Below are positions 13,201 to 34,585 of a stretch of 64,000 bases of DNA, in pieces. Source of the DNA: Macrostomum hystrix. Its lineage: Eukaryota; Animalia; Platyhelminthes. Positions within the stretch are counted from its first letter, which is position 1. Each line of letters begins with the position of its first letter. The DNA lies in the NCBI GenBank assembly GCA_950097015.1, contig CATNEN010000008.1, positions 1,798,001 to 1,862,000 of the forward strand, given 5' to 3'. The notes under the pieces were generated by a model that searched no databases, was not told the origin of the DNA, and saw only the letters and a list, made by a program, of their open reading frames with translations. The translations under genes and the position numbers were made by a program.

Positions 13201-13892
13201 TTCGATTCCATGACCACCCGATTCTTCATGGTTCGATTTCATAATAACCAGATTCTTCAGGGTTCGATTCCATAATAACCCGATCCTTCAGGGTTCGATT
13301 CCATGACCACCCGATTCTTCATGGTTCGATTTCATAATAACCAGATTCTTCAGGGTTCGATTCCATAATAACCCGATTCTTCAGGGTTCGATTCCATGAC
13401 CACCCGATTCAGTTAAAACAGTTAAAACCTTTGCCTTGCTACGAAATGTTACAGTGAAACACATTTTTACTTGGAATTAATTATGAAGTTATATCTAATT
13501 ATAGCTCTTCTCCAAAAAAGTAAATTTAGATAAGAATTTGCTTTCTTCCGGAGTTTAGGGTCATATGGCAATGGCACAGCGTTGAATTTAGCGAAACCTG
13601 AAATTTTTCTTTTCTATGTTAGGCCTATATAATTTCGAAATGAAAGTTATTATTATAATCAATTCTGGCTTCAAACCTTTTCCAGACACTCTTGTCCATT
13701 GGCTTTGAAGTCCACATCAACCTGACGCAGCGAGCCATCTGGCAAGATAATGTCGACGTAGGAGCACTTCTGCTTGGCCCCATTAACGGCATAGTTGGCT
13801 AGGCTAGGCGAATTCGGCGGAGATCCGCTGATGATGGCGTCCTCCGTTCTACTGCTATTGTTGCTGACAATGTCGTGGGACGATGCAGCCAT
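4240..13892 (-). CDS. MYLIP: E3 ubiquitin ligase MYLIP/IDOL (FERM + C-terminal RING), 7 coding exons, about 550 aa
   Basis: Exons in transcript order: 13677-13892, 12631-12827, 11834-12163, 11123-11302, 9133-9392, 5250-5515, 4240-4443. All GT-AG, phases consistent, 1653 nt. The peptide has IDOL-like FERM segments ([88 protein letters not shown]). The last exon, in a frame absent from the ORF track, encodes a RING: CRICIDSGIGVVFIPCGHMLACRDCSERLSDCPLCRKKI. Confidence 0.93.
4520..5235. repeat. Minisatellite, 22-23-bp unit CAGAATCCCCAAATCCTCATTTT (MYLIP intron 6)
   Basis: Tandem periodicity. Confidence 0.93.
6330..7750. repeat. Minisatellite, about 21-bp unit CTCAATCTACTCTACTCTCTA (MYLIP intron 5)
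   Basis: Tandem periodicity; + strand nearly G-free. Confidence 0.95.
8400..8935. repeat. Polypurine (GAGAGG)n-like tract (MYLIP intron 5)
   Basis: Almost only G/A on +. Confidence 0.93.
9570..10165. repeat. Minisatellite, 14-bp unit AAATCCCAGATTCT (MYLIP intron 4)
   Basis: Tandem periodicity. Confidence 0.92.
10608..11075. repeat. Minisatellite, 18-bp unit ACGGTCATGGCTTCCCTA (MYLIP intron 4)
   Basis: About 25 copies; source of the MASLTV/EAMTVR pseudo-ORFs. Confidence 0.96.
11345..11620. repeat. Minisatellite, 30-bp unit GGGATCATGGGATTTGTGTGTTTGTGAATG (MYLIP intron 3)
   Basis: About 9 copies. Confidence 0.95.
12232..12560. repeat. Minisatellite, 20-bp unit GATAATGACCAACTCAAGAT (MYLIP intron 2)
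   Basis: About 16 copies. Confidence 0.95.
12900..13410. repeat. Minisatellite, 31-bp unit CCGATTCTTCAGGGTTCGATTCCATAATAAC (MYLIP intron 1)
   Basis: 16 copies, most containing GGTTCGATTCC. Confidence 0.95.
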
Positions 13893-15114
13893 GATGTTCG
13901 CCCATTCAATTTTGTTATCCTTGAGTTAGATATTTTCAATTGTTCTGATTAGCCAGCTCGTGATCAAAATTAATAAAAAAGTTCGCTACTATCGCGAAGC
14001 TAAGGTAGAGGAGCCTAATAAACTGTCTTCTTGATTCTCTCTCTCTCCAATTTTCTTTAGAGTGAACTTTTTTTATAATAAGGTCTTTCCACTAAGGGAG
14101 GAGACAGAATAGGTTAAAAATTAGTGTACAGTCAAACCCTTCCTCTCTGACCACTCCTCCAGTGGAATGTACATAGACAATCCAATGTACATTAAAAAGC
14201 TTTTTGCCCTTGGGCGCTCCCACAAATGGAACGAACGCTTGGGAATCTGCTTGTTCATATATTCACGCAGCTGGTGCGTGATCACAGTGGTCTGTGTGTG
14301 TAGTGGGGTGTTTACACAAGCTTATTAAACAAGCATCTTAAGGCACAGCTTAGCCAATACATTGACTAAGAATTCCTAACCATTTTAGCTTCAAAGAATC
14401 GCGGCACAGTACGTTACTTTTAGGAGAGAAAGCTTATAGACAATTGAAAAACGCCTTAATTCTTGTTCTCTGCCCTTTCTTCACACAAGCACGATGCGTT
14501 CTCTAAGGAAAAGATTAAATAATAGAGCAATTGCGAACCACATTTCCGACATTTTGTACTTGCCACTTACGTGCACACATTTCATTCTTAAAATACTCGC
14601 TCGCCCAGTGTAAATAGAAAGCAGAGCCAGAGAAGAGTTTTACTCATTCATGGTGAGAATTAAAAAATTAAATTATGTCTTTTGGGACTTTGAAATTGGC
14701 TTTCTAGTATCTATCCTAGCTTCTACTGCACTGAAGTTGTAATAATAAACTTTCATCAAGTTCATTGATTTGCTTTAGGTCGTAACTTTCAAAGCTTTCG
14801 TTTGAGTGTCCTTGACTAATAGCATTGGTTTGCTTTTTACAAGCAATTAATGTTGTGTTTTTAAAACTGCATTACAATAAGTCTTTATTGCTTGTTTAGA
14901 TTTAATGCTCTAACTTCTCTTCAATTTTCAAATAAAAAATTAATACGAAAAATTAATTGTTAAAATATATATTTACTAGCGTATTGGTGGTGAAACTAAA
15001 CTTGCAAAAAATGTTTATCAGACTACTTAGTCAGTAGGCTGTATACAATTCAGCTTATAGATTTAACTTTCGTCTAATTTGAAGGTCATATGCAGAGACT
15101 ATCGATTATAGGGA

Positions 15115-15775
15115 GGTCACCGGAGGCAAAATGGGGTCAGATGCAGCTTCTAAAGAGTCCTAAGGAGATCACTGGGGGCAGAAGGGGGTCAGATGCAGCG
15201 ACTATAGAATCCTAGGGAGGTCACTCGGGGGCAGAAGGGGGTCAAATGCAACGACTATAGAATCCTAGGGAGGTCACTCGGGGGCAGAAGGGGGTCAAAT
15301 GCAGCGACTATAGAATCCTAGGGAGGTCACTCGGGGGCAGAAGGGGGTCAAATGCAGCGACTATATAATCCTAAGGAGATCACTGGGGGCAGAAGGGGGT
15401 CAGATGCAGCGACTATAGAATCCTAGGGAGGTCACTCGGGGGCAGAAGGGGGTCAAATGCAACGACTATAGAATCCTAGGGAGGTCACTCGGGGGCAGAA
15501 GGGGGTCAAATGCAGCGACTATAGAATCCTAGGGAGGTCACTCGGGGGCAGAAGGGGGTCAAATGCAGCGACTATAGAATCCTAGGGAGGTCACTCGGGG
15601 GCAGAAGGGGGTCAAATGCAGCGACTATAGAATCCTAGGGAGGTCACTCGGGGGCAGAAGGGGGTCAGATGCAGCGACTATATAATCCTAAGGAGATCAC
15701 TGGGGGCAGAAGGGGGTCAGATGCAGCGACTATAGAATCCTAAGGAGGTGACTCGAGGGCGGAAAGGGGTCAGGT
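15115..15775. repeat. Minisatellite, 53-bp unit GGGAGGTCACTCGGGGGCAGAAGGGGGTCAAATGCAGCGACTATAGAATCCTA (between prospero and MYLIP)
   Basis: About 12 copies. Confidence 0.95.
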
Positions 15776-16720
15776 GTTTGTTCCATCAAGAATCTACAGG
15801 AAGACAAACGAGATATCGTTTTACATCAATAACTTGGTTTCTTGGTTTTGTTAATTCTCATTAAAATAATTTTCTTAAAAGGCAATTTGAAGCAAAATAA
15901 ATTCGAAAAGAAACTCGTTTGTTGATTTGGATTGGTTGAATGCTCATTAGTATATGACCCGATCATATATATTATGGATTTTGCTTATCGCTTTGTTCAA
16001 CAGAATCAAGAGCAACATGTTAAAGAATGCGAGTGAATGTAATAATAGACTTTGTAAGTGTTAAGACGCATTTTAAACTATCAAATAATTATCGGCGGTG
16101 TTTTTTGGCCTTCTTAATCGTATTTTTGTTGTCTTTTGTGGCCAAGCAATGCAAATCTCTTTCATCTAACTAAAATATGCGGTTTAGTTAAGGAAATTCA
16201 ATAGAAAATTCTAACTATTACAACAGTAAATAAACAAGTAATGGGTAACATATTCTACATTTTTACTTTATCACGAGTGAAGCAATGCGATTAATAACAG
16301 AGAGACAAACATTTATAAGACACTAGAGGCAGGAATATTAAATCATTGGTTAGTTGAGAAGCTTAAACCAAAACAATGAGAAATGTTGTTATTTTACTCG
16401 TAATCGCAATCAAATTCTCAATTTTAGTATCATTTATTAATAAAGAAAATTTTATGATTCTATTTACGCTCGCACGAGCGTAGAATGGCAGTAAAAGTTC
16501 ATAATGTAACTTTACAAAACTTGTCTTTATACACAAATAATTCAAGAATAATTCATTAAGAAAAAGGCAATCAATCACTTCATCGATCATTCATTTGTTG
16601 TCCACTCGTAGTAAAAGTTTAGCGGAGATAAAACACAATAACAAAAAAAATAAGCACACAAGGCGTCCTTAGCAACGGCTGCCAGGGGAGACTAGGTAGT
16701 AACTAGGCGGGGGAGGCGAG

Positions 16721-26593
<9,873 letters not shown>

Positions 26594-28467
26594 CTTGCAC
26601 GCGGCTGGCTGAGCTGTTTGGGTTTGAGCAGGTTTTGAGCAGGGTTGGAGGTTTAAAATCTGAGAGTGGCGAAAAATGGAAAGCTTCTGGCTTTAATCCT
26701 TCCTGTTCCTCAACTTCGAAAGCGCTTTTTTTGTGAATCCGGTTGGGAGGATCTGGAGGCAGAGAGGAAACTGGGAAGTGGCTGAGCTTAGCAGCTCGCA
26801 CAGGACAGGAAGTCGATAATCTGTTGGACTGGTTGAGAATGAGCGGAGGATGACAATGAGTTGAAGGCATTTTAAGATCCGGAAGCCGCCGCTCAGCGAA
26901 GACTTGAGCTAGAGGGATTTGATGATGGGCCACAGTTTTAGCGGATGACAGTCGGAAAGGGGGGATATTTTTACAAGGGGAGTTTGACTCCAGCCTGTTG
27001 CAGCAGCCCCCCAACCCCGTCAATTCCCTTTTTGGGATCGGCGTTTAGCAAAACTTATCCCAATAAATTTCCCGGAAAGAAAATTATCCCATTCCCACTA
27101 AGATAATCGGTTGCTTCCTACGCACTCAAACCTCTCCCAATGTTTTTCAGATAGGAGGAAGGCAAGCAATTATCCGGAAAACAGCCGGCTAGAAGCTAAA
27201 CTACGAAAATAACTCATAATTTGAGAAATTAGAAGCAGAAGATTGGGAGATGCTGAGAGGGGTTGGAGGCCGCTCTTGTCATTTGCCTGTACGGCAGGCG
27301 ATGATGAGGGCTGCCTGCTACCGTGAGCTGACCGCCGCCATCATCTTTAACAACAAAGGCAGTGCCTCGGTATGATTAGTAGGAACCTCTGCTGGTGCTG
27401 CTGCTGCTGCTGCTGCTCTAGACTGGCGTGGAAACTGCACATTGGGTCAGGGAGCTGAGCTTCCAGAATCCAGCTTCTGATCTCTTAACCGGCGCGGAGA
27501 CACAGAAATATCAGCATGCGGCTTAGCTAGCTTGAGGAATTATTTCATGAAATTTTAATGCGCTTCCCTCTGCAGCGAACAAAACACTAACCATCCCTCT
27601 CTGCCCGCAGCATAACCGTCCGCCTCTTGGACCCAAAGCCAACAACTGTTGCTTTGGATTTGGGGATCTGGGATCTGGTCTTCTCTGCCTCAGCAGTTTT
27701 TTTAGAGGGTGGAGTTTGATGCGGGCCATCTTCTACTGGCTTTGTTGGTGCAGAAATCAACATCAGATATTCTCCTGGGCACAGTGAGTATGGGGTTGAG
27801 TGTTTCTAAGTTTGCGAGGCTGTAAAAGTCTGAAATTTAATAAAAAATTTCCCAGCTCAATAATCAAAGCCCCGTAATAATCCAGGTGCTTATCAAGCTT
27901 CATATCTTGTTGGTGTGTTTTTTAAGCAGCAAAGTGGTTTAAAATTGAGTCAACTTTTTGTGGGGTAATAAACTCATTCCGCCGAAATGTCTCATCATTT
28001 AAGGAAATTCTTAAATTTATCTAGCAACAGTGTCGCTTATTTCTAGAAAAGATCACACCCGCGGTGTCCGATTTTCGAGACAAAATTAAATCGACAATCT
28101 CAGATTGCTAGGGAATAAAGAAATATAAATAGGTCAATTTTGGTTGCCTATGCTCAGACAGTAGCTCAAATTATGGACTCTGTCACACTTAACGCTAAAT
28201 AGAGAATAAATTCCGTTTAATTAAAACTGTGTTGTTGTATAGGTAGAGTGCGTGTTTCAATTAAAATTGATTGAATGTTTGCAATCAGTCAAACAAAATA
28301 AAGGCCTGGGATTCAAAAGGGCTTTCAAATTAGTTAAATGAATTATTTTCGTCTATGGTCGAACCTTATTAGCAGTGTAGCGAATCAAAAGATGACCAAG
28401 ATTATGTAGATTGTGCTAAAATCTCGTAGTAAGAATGATTTCATATAAAAAGGCATATAACACTTAC

Positions 28468-28791
28468 CTTTGTTGACTTTGACGTAAAATACTTTGCCGA
28501 TGTAAACAAAATATGAAGTCGGGTATTGTTAGATAGCTAACAATTTAGGATTCTGAAATTTTTCGATTCCTCGTCTCTCTCTTCAGTGAGAAGATTCTGT
28601 GTGTGAAGGGGTTTTTCTTTAGTTTCTTCTGCGAGGAGGTCGCATGGGCGGCCCTGTGACTGGCTGCGATATCCTCAGCGGAGGTGGGGTGGGTGGGATC
28701 GCGGCAGTCGCATCCCCTTCCACAGACTCCGAAGCCTTCTAAGCAATGTCTAAGTTACCCGCTTAGCTATAGTCAGCTCTGCTCTCATTGG
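28468..28791 (-). promoter_or_regulatory. Possible non-coding first exon and promoter of prospero
   Basis: Strong donor AAG|GTAAGTG at 28468/28467 on minus, CCAAT box at 28787-28791, and a candidate acceptor (TTTCAGACTTTTACAG) near 27820. No transcript evidence. Confidence 0.35.
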
Positions 28792-29749
28792 TTAAGGCGC
28801 TGCTTTTAGGAGCAAAGATGAAGCGCTTATCAACCTCTTTCCCAATCCTTCCATCGTTGGATCAGAGGCAAATTATCCCAATAACTAAAAAACTGGTCCA
28901 CGGATCACAAATTAAAAAAAAAACAGAAAAGTTTTCGCAAAATGAGGGCGCGCTTGAAGCTGCGGGCTACTGAAGGATGCAAAGTTTTGTTCCTCTATTT
29001 CCGCACCCAGCATAAATTCATTTTGCTGGAGGGAAAAACGGGAGTTCCTTTTCCCCGTTCGTTCTCAATGATATCAAGGCAAGGTCGGTGGCTGCGCTGT
29101 TTAGCGAGCCCGCATTTCAGAATTTCGCAGAAGACCAGCAGGAGACGCTGAGCTGCCGCTGTCCCCTTTTCCATCAACCCATGGAAGTCGCCAACCCATG
29201 CTGGTTAACGGATATTTCCCTTTTTGTTTAACTATATCCACCCACTCACTCACCTGTCTTTTGCTTGCCGTTTCCCCATCGAATTGAGACTGCGGTGGGT
29301 GGGGTCTCGCACTTCCGGATTTCATCGCCTCCTCCATCAGCAGTGGCGGCGCAAAGTTTGAAATTAATTGGTGTTGTGGGTGGTGGCAAATGTATATTAT
29401 CTTTAGAATGGGCAATTAATTAGCTTTTATCTTTTTTGGGATCTGAAAAGAAAATTAGCCGCCGCGCTATAAACGCCGGATGCGGAACCGGAACTGGAGC
29501 TCGAATTCCTACTAATTTTCTCTCCTCCCAGGGGGATATTTTTTCTTGTCGGTGGCCTCGATAGTCTTAATCGAGAACAAGTCTATATGCAGTCTTTATC
29601 CTAGGCTATATTTATCTTCCATTTGAGTCGAATATTGTTCTTCGGGGGCGAAATTGAGATTGTTATCAATAAGTTATTGACTTTGACTCGGTCTATAATT
29701 GCGTCACTAGATTTCCTGACATTGGAAAACTGCTGTCTTTATATTAAAT

Positions 29750-30470
29750 AAGAGGAGAGAGGATATAGAAGAGAGGAGAGAGGATATAGAAGAGAGGAGA
29801 GAGGATATAGAAGAGTGGAGAGAGGATATAGAAGAGAGGAGAGAGGATATAGAAGAGAGGAGAGAGGATATAGAAGAGAGGAGAGAGGATATAGAAGAGA
29901 GAAGAGAGGATATAGAAGAGAGGAGAGAGGATATAGAAGAGAGGAGAGAGGAGAGTGGAGGAAGGAGGGAGGAGAGGGTAGATATGAGATTAGAGAGGAG
30001 AGGGGAGAGAGGAGAGAGGGGAGAGAGAAGAGAGCGGAGAGAGAAGAGGTGAGAGAGGAGATATTAGAGAGGCGGGAAGACGGGAGAGAGTAGAGAGTAG
30101 AGAAGAGAAGGGAGAGAGGAGAGAGTAGAGAGGATAAAGGAAAGGAGAGAGGAGCGAGGATAAAGCAGAGGAGAGAGGAGAGAGGAGATAAGAGAGAGGA
30201 GAGAGGAGAGAGGAGATAAGAGAGAGGAGAGAGTAAGAGAGGAGATAAGAGAGAGAAGAGAGGAGAGAGGAGAGAGGAGAGAGGAGAGAGGAGATAAGAG
30301 AGAGGAGAGAGGAGAGAGGAGATAAGAGAGAGGAGAGAGTAAGAGAGGAGATAAGAGAGAGAAGAGAGGAGAGAGGAGAGGGGAGAGAGGAGAGAGGGGG
30401 AGAGGAGAGGAGAAAGAAGAAGGAAGAGAAGAAGGAGGAGAGAGGGAGAGAGGGAGAGAGGAGAGCAACT
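29750..30470. repeat. Polypurine tract, beginning with 21-bp unit AGAGGAGAGAGGATATAGAAG
   Basis: Purine-dominated + strand. Confidence 0.93.
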
Positions 30471-31509
30471 CCAATACCGGGCTCTGACGCGGTAAAGAAG
30501 AAGCGCAGGCATTTAATTTGAACTTGCCGATATTTCGAAAATTTTACTATTCTTGGTCAGGGCAGAAAACACTTTGTGCCCTGACCTGAGAAAAGAGATT
30601 CAGACATAAAAGGGTGAGGAGTATACAGAAAAGTTAACACCTCAGCAAAAATTAAGCAATGTGTTAAAGACCAACAGTAGGAGGAGGAGCACTTGCACTT
30701 GTAAATCATTAATGAAACTCTACTTTGCTAACTCTCTCGCTGCCCAAGCTCGAAAAACAATGGAAATTAATTCGACCGTGCAACAAGTAAAGCCGTGCTC
30801 CCCATCTGGGCCATAGACTAATTTTATATACGAACTCAGTCAGGCGTACATTTGAGCACAATTCTGAGTAGCCAAGCTCAGTGCAGGTGTCCAACCCTTA
30901 TCGTTGGCCTGTCTTGACTTTCATATCGTTTCTTCTATCGTCCCTAACGATTATGACTAGAAAACTTTGACATTGAGTAGAATATATTCTGTTTAAATTG
31001 TTACAATTGTTCATTTAGGTATGTCTACATTTTATACCGATATTAGGGATCATTTTATCTAATGCTTGGCTTTGAAGTCACATTAATCAGAAATCTGCGA
31101 ACATTGATTTGAATCGTCTTTAGAAATATCAAAACTCGGACTAGAAAATATGTCATGTGTAGCAATATAATAGTAGTATTTTACTACACCATAGCCACGT
31201 GTTGTGTTATATAGACCAGCAATTTTCAGTTGCATGTTGGGATCACTGTACTAGGGATCTTTACAGTTGAGTGACTGCCCTCATCTATGGTCGAATTTCG
31301 GATACCCACTTGTGGCAGCGATGCGGGCGCTGTTCTTGGGATGAGGCAATTCTTACCTGGGATCTGGAGCTGGCCTGTCTCTTTATCTGAGCAGCCATTT
31401 TTTTATCTGCGAGGATCTGGGAGGCCACGTGACAAGCTTTTATTGCTCACGAGAGAAGTGTCGTCATCTGAGAGTGAGTTTGCATTATTTAGGGCTTCTC
31501 TTGCCAGAT

Positions 31510-32060
31510 GGTAGGTCAGATGGGTAGGTCAGATAGGTAGGTCAGATAGGTAGGTCAGATAGGTAGGTCAGATAGGTAGGTACGATGGGTAGGTCAGAAA
31601 GGTAGGTCAGATGGGTAGGTCAGATAGGTAGGTCAGATGGGTAGGTCAGATAGGTAGGTCAGATAGGTAGGTCAGATAGGTAGGTCAGATAGGTAGGTCA
31701 GATGGGTAGGTCAGAAAGGTAGGTCAGATGGGTAGGTCAGATAGGTAGGTCAGATGGGTAGGTCAGATAGGTAGGTCAGATAGGTAGGTCAGATAGGTAG
31801 GTCAGATAGGTAGGTCAGATGGGTAGGTCAGAAAGGTAGGTCAGATGGGTAGGTCAGATGGGTAGGTCAGATAGGTAGGTCAGATGGGTAGGTCAGATGG
31901 GTAGGTGAGATTGGTCAGACGTAGGTCAGATAGGTAGGTCAGATATTGGTGGGTCAGATATTGGTGGGTCAGATATTGGTGGGTCAGATATTGGTGGGTC
32001 AGATATTGGTGTGTCAGATGTTGGTAGGTCAGGCAGGTAGGTCAAAGTTAGGAGGGTAGG
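31510..32060. repeat. Minisatellite, 13-bp unit GGTAGGTCAGATA
   Basis: Tandem periodicity, degenerating at the 3' end. Confidence 0.95.
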
Positions 32061-32511
32061 TCAGAGTCATTTATAAAAGTTTTGAACTTTCAGAGCCTAA
32101 TGAAAATTGCTTGCCCAAGGCGCCATTTTCCTTGCCTATGTTATATCTTGCAGAAAAAATATTTTCTAATTTAAGTAATTTTTTGCTCCTGGTAGGAATT
32201 CGCATTGTTTGCCGAGAGAGTGGACGGGTTGGTGAGATGGGGTCAGAGAGAAAGGAATGGAGGAGACGCGGGACATCTAGGAGGACTCGGTGACGCAGGG
32301 AAGGATTAAAGACAGTGTTATCCCTTAATATATAAGCGAGTGTTTGTCACAAGGCCAAGGCCAAAGTGAAAATATAGAATCATAAATGGATTTAGGTTTC
32401 TAGGCTAATGTAGATGGGATATTTCTCAACCACGAGGCGATCCTGATAACTTTAGAAATATGCACTATTGTGGCTGAGCAGTGAGGTCCAGGACAGATAG
32501 GTAGGTCAGAT

Positions 32512-33000
32512 GGTACTGTCCTAGAATCCTACTGTCCTAGAATCCTACTGTCCTAGAATCCTACTGTCCTAGAATCCTACTGTCCTAGAATCCTACTGTC
32601 CTAGAATCCTACTGTCCTAGAATCCTACTGTCCTAGAATCCTACTGTCCTAGAATCCTACTGTCCTAGAATCCTACTGTCCTAGAATCCTACTGTCCTAG
32701 AATCCTACTGTCCTAGAATCCTACTGTCCTAGAATCCTACTGTCCTAGAATCCTACTGTCCTAGAATCCTACTGTCCTAGAATCCTACCGTCCTAGAATC
32801 CTACTGTCCTAGAATCCTACTGTCCTAGAATCCTACCGTCCTAGAATCCTACTGTCCTAGAATCCTACTGTCCTAGAATCCTACTGTCCTAGAATCCTAC
32901 TGTCCTAGAATCCTACTGTCCTAGAATCCTACTGTCCTAGAATCCTACCGTCCTAGAATCCTACCGTCCTAGAATCCTACCGTCCTAGAATCCTACTGTC
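32512..33000. repeat. Minisatellite, 16-bp unit CTAGAATCCTACTGTC, about 30 near-perfect copies
   Basis: Tandem periodicity; abuts SINE copy A. Confidence 0.97.
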
Positions 33001-33005
33001 TTGAG

Positions 33006-33197
33006 GGCTTGTCGTGCAATTTGCGCCCTTGAGGGCCAACCTCCAAGGCACGGTGAGAGTGTACACTGCCTGACGATGAGAAAGTCATGGCAGATGTACA
33101 CACCTTTGTGAGTGTGTGCCTGCATTCGGTATCTGTGTGCGTGTGTGCTCAGGAGTCAGCGAAATGGGCAGAATTGCCTCCTCGCTGGCTGCGGGTC
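33006..33197 (+). mobile_element. Dispersed repeat, putative SINE body, copy A (5'-truncated)
   Basis: Shares ordered blocks with the reverse complement of 53037-53177: GGCTTGTCGTG-AATTT, CTGCCTGAYGATGAGAAAGTCA, CAGATGYACACACC..TGTGAGTGTGTGC, GTCAGCGARATGGRCAGAATTGCCTCC-CGCTGGCTGCGGGTC. Confidence 0.65.
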
Positions 33198-33779
33198 TAG
33201 TGTCATCTGTTCCTGGAATCCTAAATCCCCAGTTCTTAGAATCCAAAGGTCTCATTGCTTTCAGAATTGCACAATCTTTATTTTTTGCGGTCAAATTCAA
33301 ATCCTCAGAGCATATTACATCTATAGAATATCTGACAATAATTTATTTGCTCATCCAACATATGTGCATTAGTTAAATCAATTTTTTACAAGCCCATCTG
33401 TTTAACCAGATTCTAAGTGCTAATAACAGACTTTCTATCTGCAAAATTCCGCAATTCAGTAAATCCATAATCGAGTGTCAAGTATCATTGAAGGCTCGGA
33501 CAAAGACTCAGACGGCAGCGACATTCTTAACTGTTGAATAACCTCGCAATCTGGCAAGATTATTTCGTCAAGTAGTGAGCCCGGCAATGGACCGTGTTGG
33601 ATTTCCAATATATTTTTTTTGTTATAACTCTTTGTCTTCGATTGTTTTGGCCGACTTTTCAGCCGAGTGACTTGTCACGCTTTGAGCATATATTCGTTTT
33701 CTGCCATCGCTATAGAGCATAAAAGGCAGCATTTTTCCAAAAGATAAGCAATTCTTCACTAGGTCTTCCCTTTGTCTGA

Positions 33780-34585
33780 TTCTCAGATCCTCACAGCCTC
33801 AGATCCTCACATTCTCAGATCCTCACATTCTCAGATCCTCACATACTCAGATCCTCTCACATTCTCAGATCCTCACATACTCAGATCCTCACATTCTCAG
33901 ATCCTCTCACATTCTCAGATCCTCACATACTCAGATCCTCTCACAGTCTCAGATCCTCACATTCTCAGATCCTCACATTCTCAGATCCTCACATTCTCAG
34001 ATCCTCACAGTCTCAGATACTCACATTCTCAGATCCTCACAGTCTCAGATCCTCACATTCTCAGATCCTCACATTCTCAGATCCTCACAGCCTCAGATCC
34101 TCACATTCTCAGATCCTCACAGTCTCAGATCCTCACATACTCAGATCCTATCACAGTCTCAGATCCTCACAGTCTCAGATCCTCACAGTCTCAGATCCTC
34201 ACATACTCAGATCCTCTCACAGTCTCAGATCCTCACAGCCTCAGATCCTCACATTCTCAGATCCTCACAGTCTCAGATCCTCACATACTCAGATCCTCAC
34301 ATTCTCAGATCCTCACAGTCTCAGATCCTCACATACTCAGATCCTCTCACAGTCTCAGATCCTCACAGTCTCAGATCCTCACAGTCTCAGATCCTCACAT
34401 ACTCAGATCCTCTCACAGTCTCAGATCCTCACAGTCTCAGATCCTCACAGTCTCAGATCCTCACAGTCTCAGATCCTCACATACTCAGATCCTCACATAC
34501 TCAGATCCTCACAGTCTCAGATCCTCACAGTCTCAGATCCTCACATTCTCAGATCCATAAATTCTTAGATCCAAAATTCCTAGAT
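33780..34585. repeat. Minisatellite, 16-bp unit TCAGATCCTCACATTC and variants
   Basis: Tandem periodicity. Confidence 0.96.

Noticed and set aside
14127-14350. Tc1/mariner or pogo MITE beginning TACAGTCAAACCC
   Set aside because: No matching inverted terminus or TA duplication found nearby.
16665-16680. RFX X-box-like GGCGTCCTTAGCAAC
   Set aside because: It lies in the prospero 3' UTR, far from the ciliary gene promoters, and is a single imperfect match.
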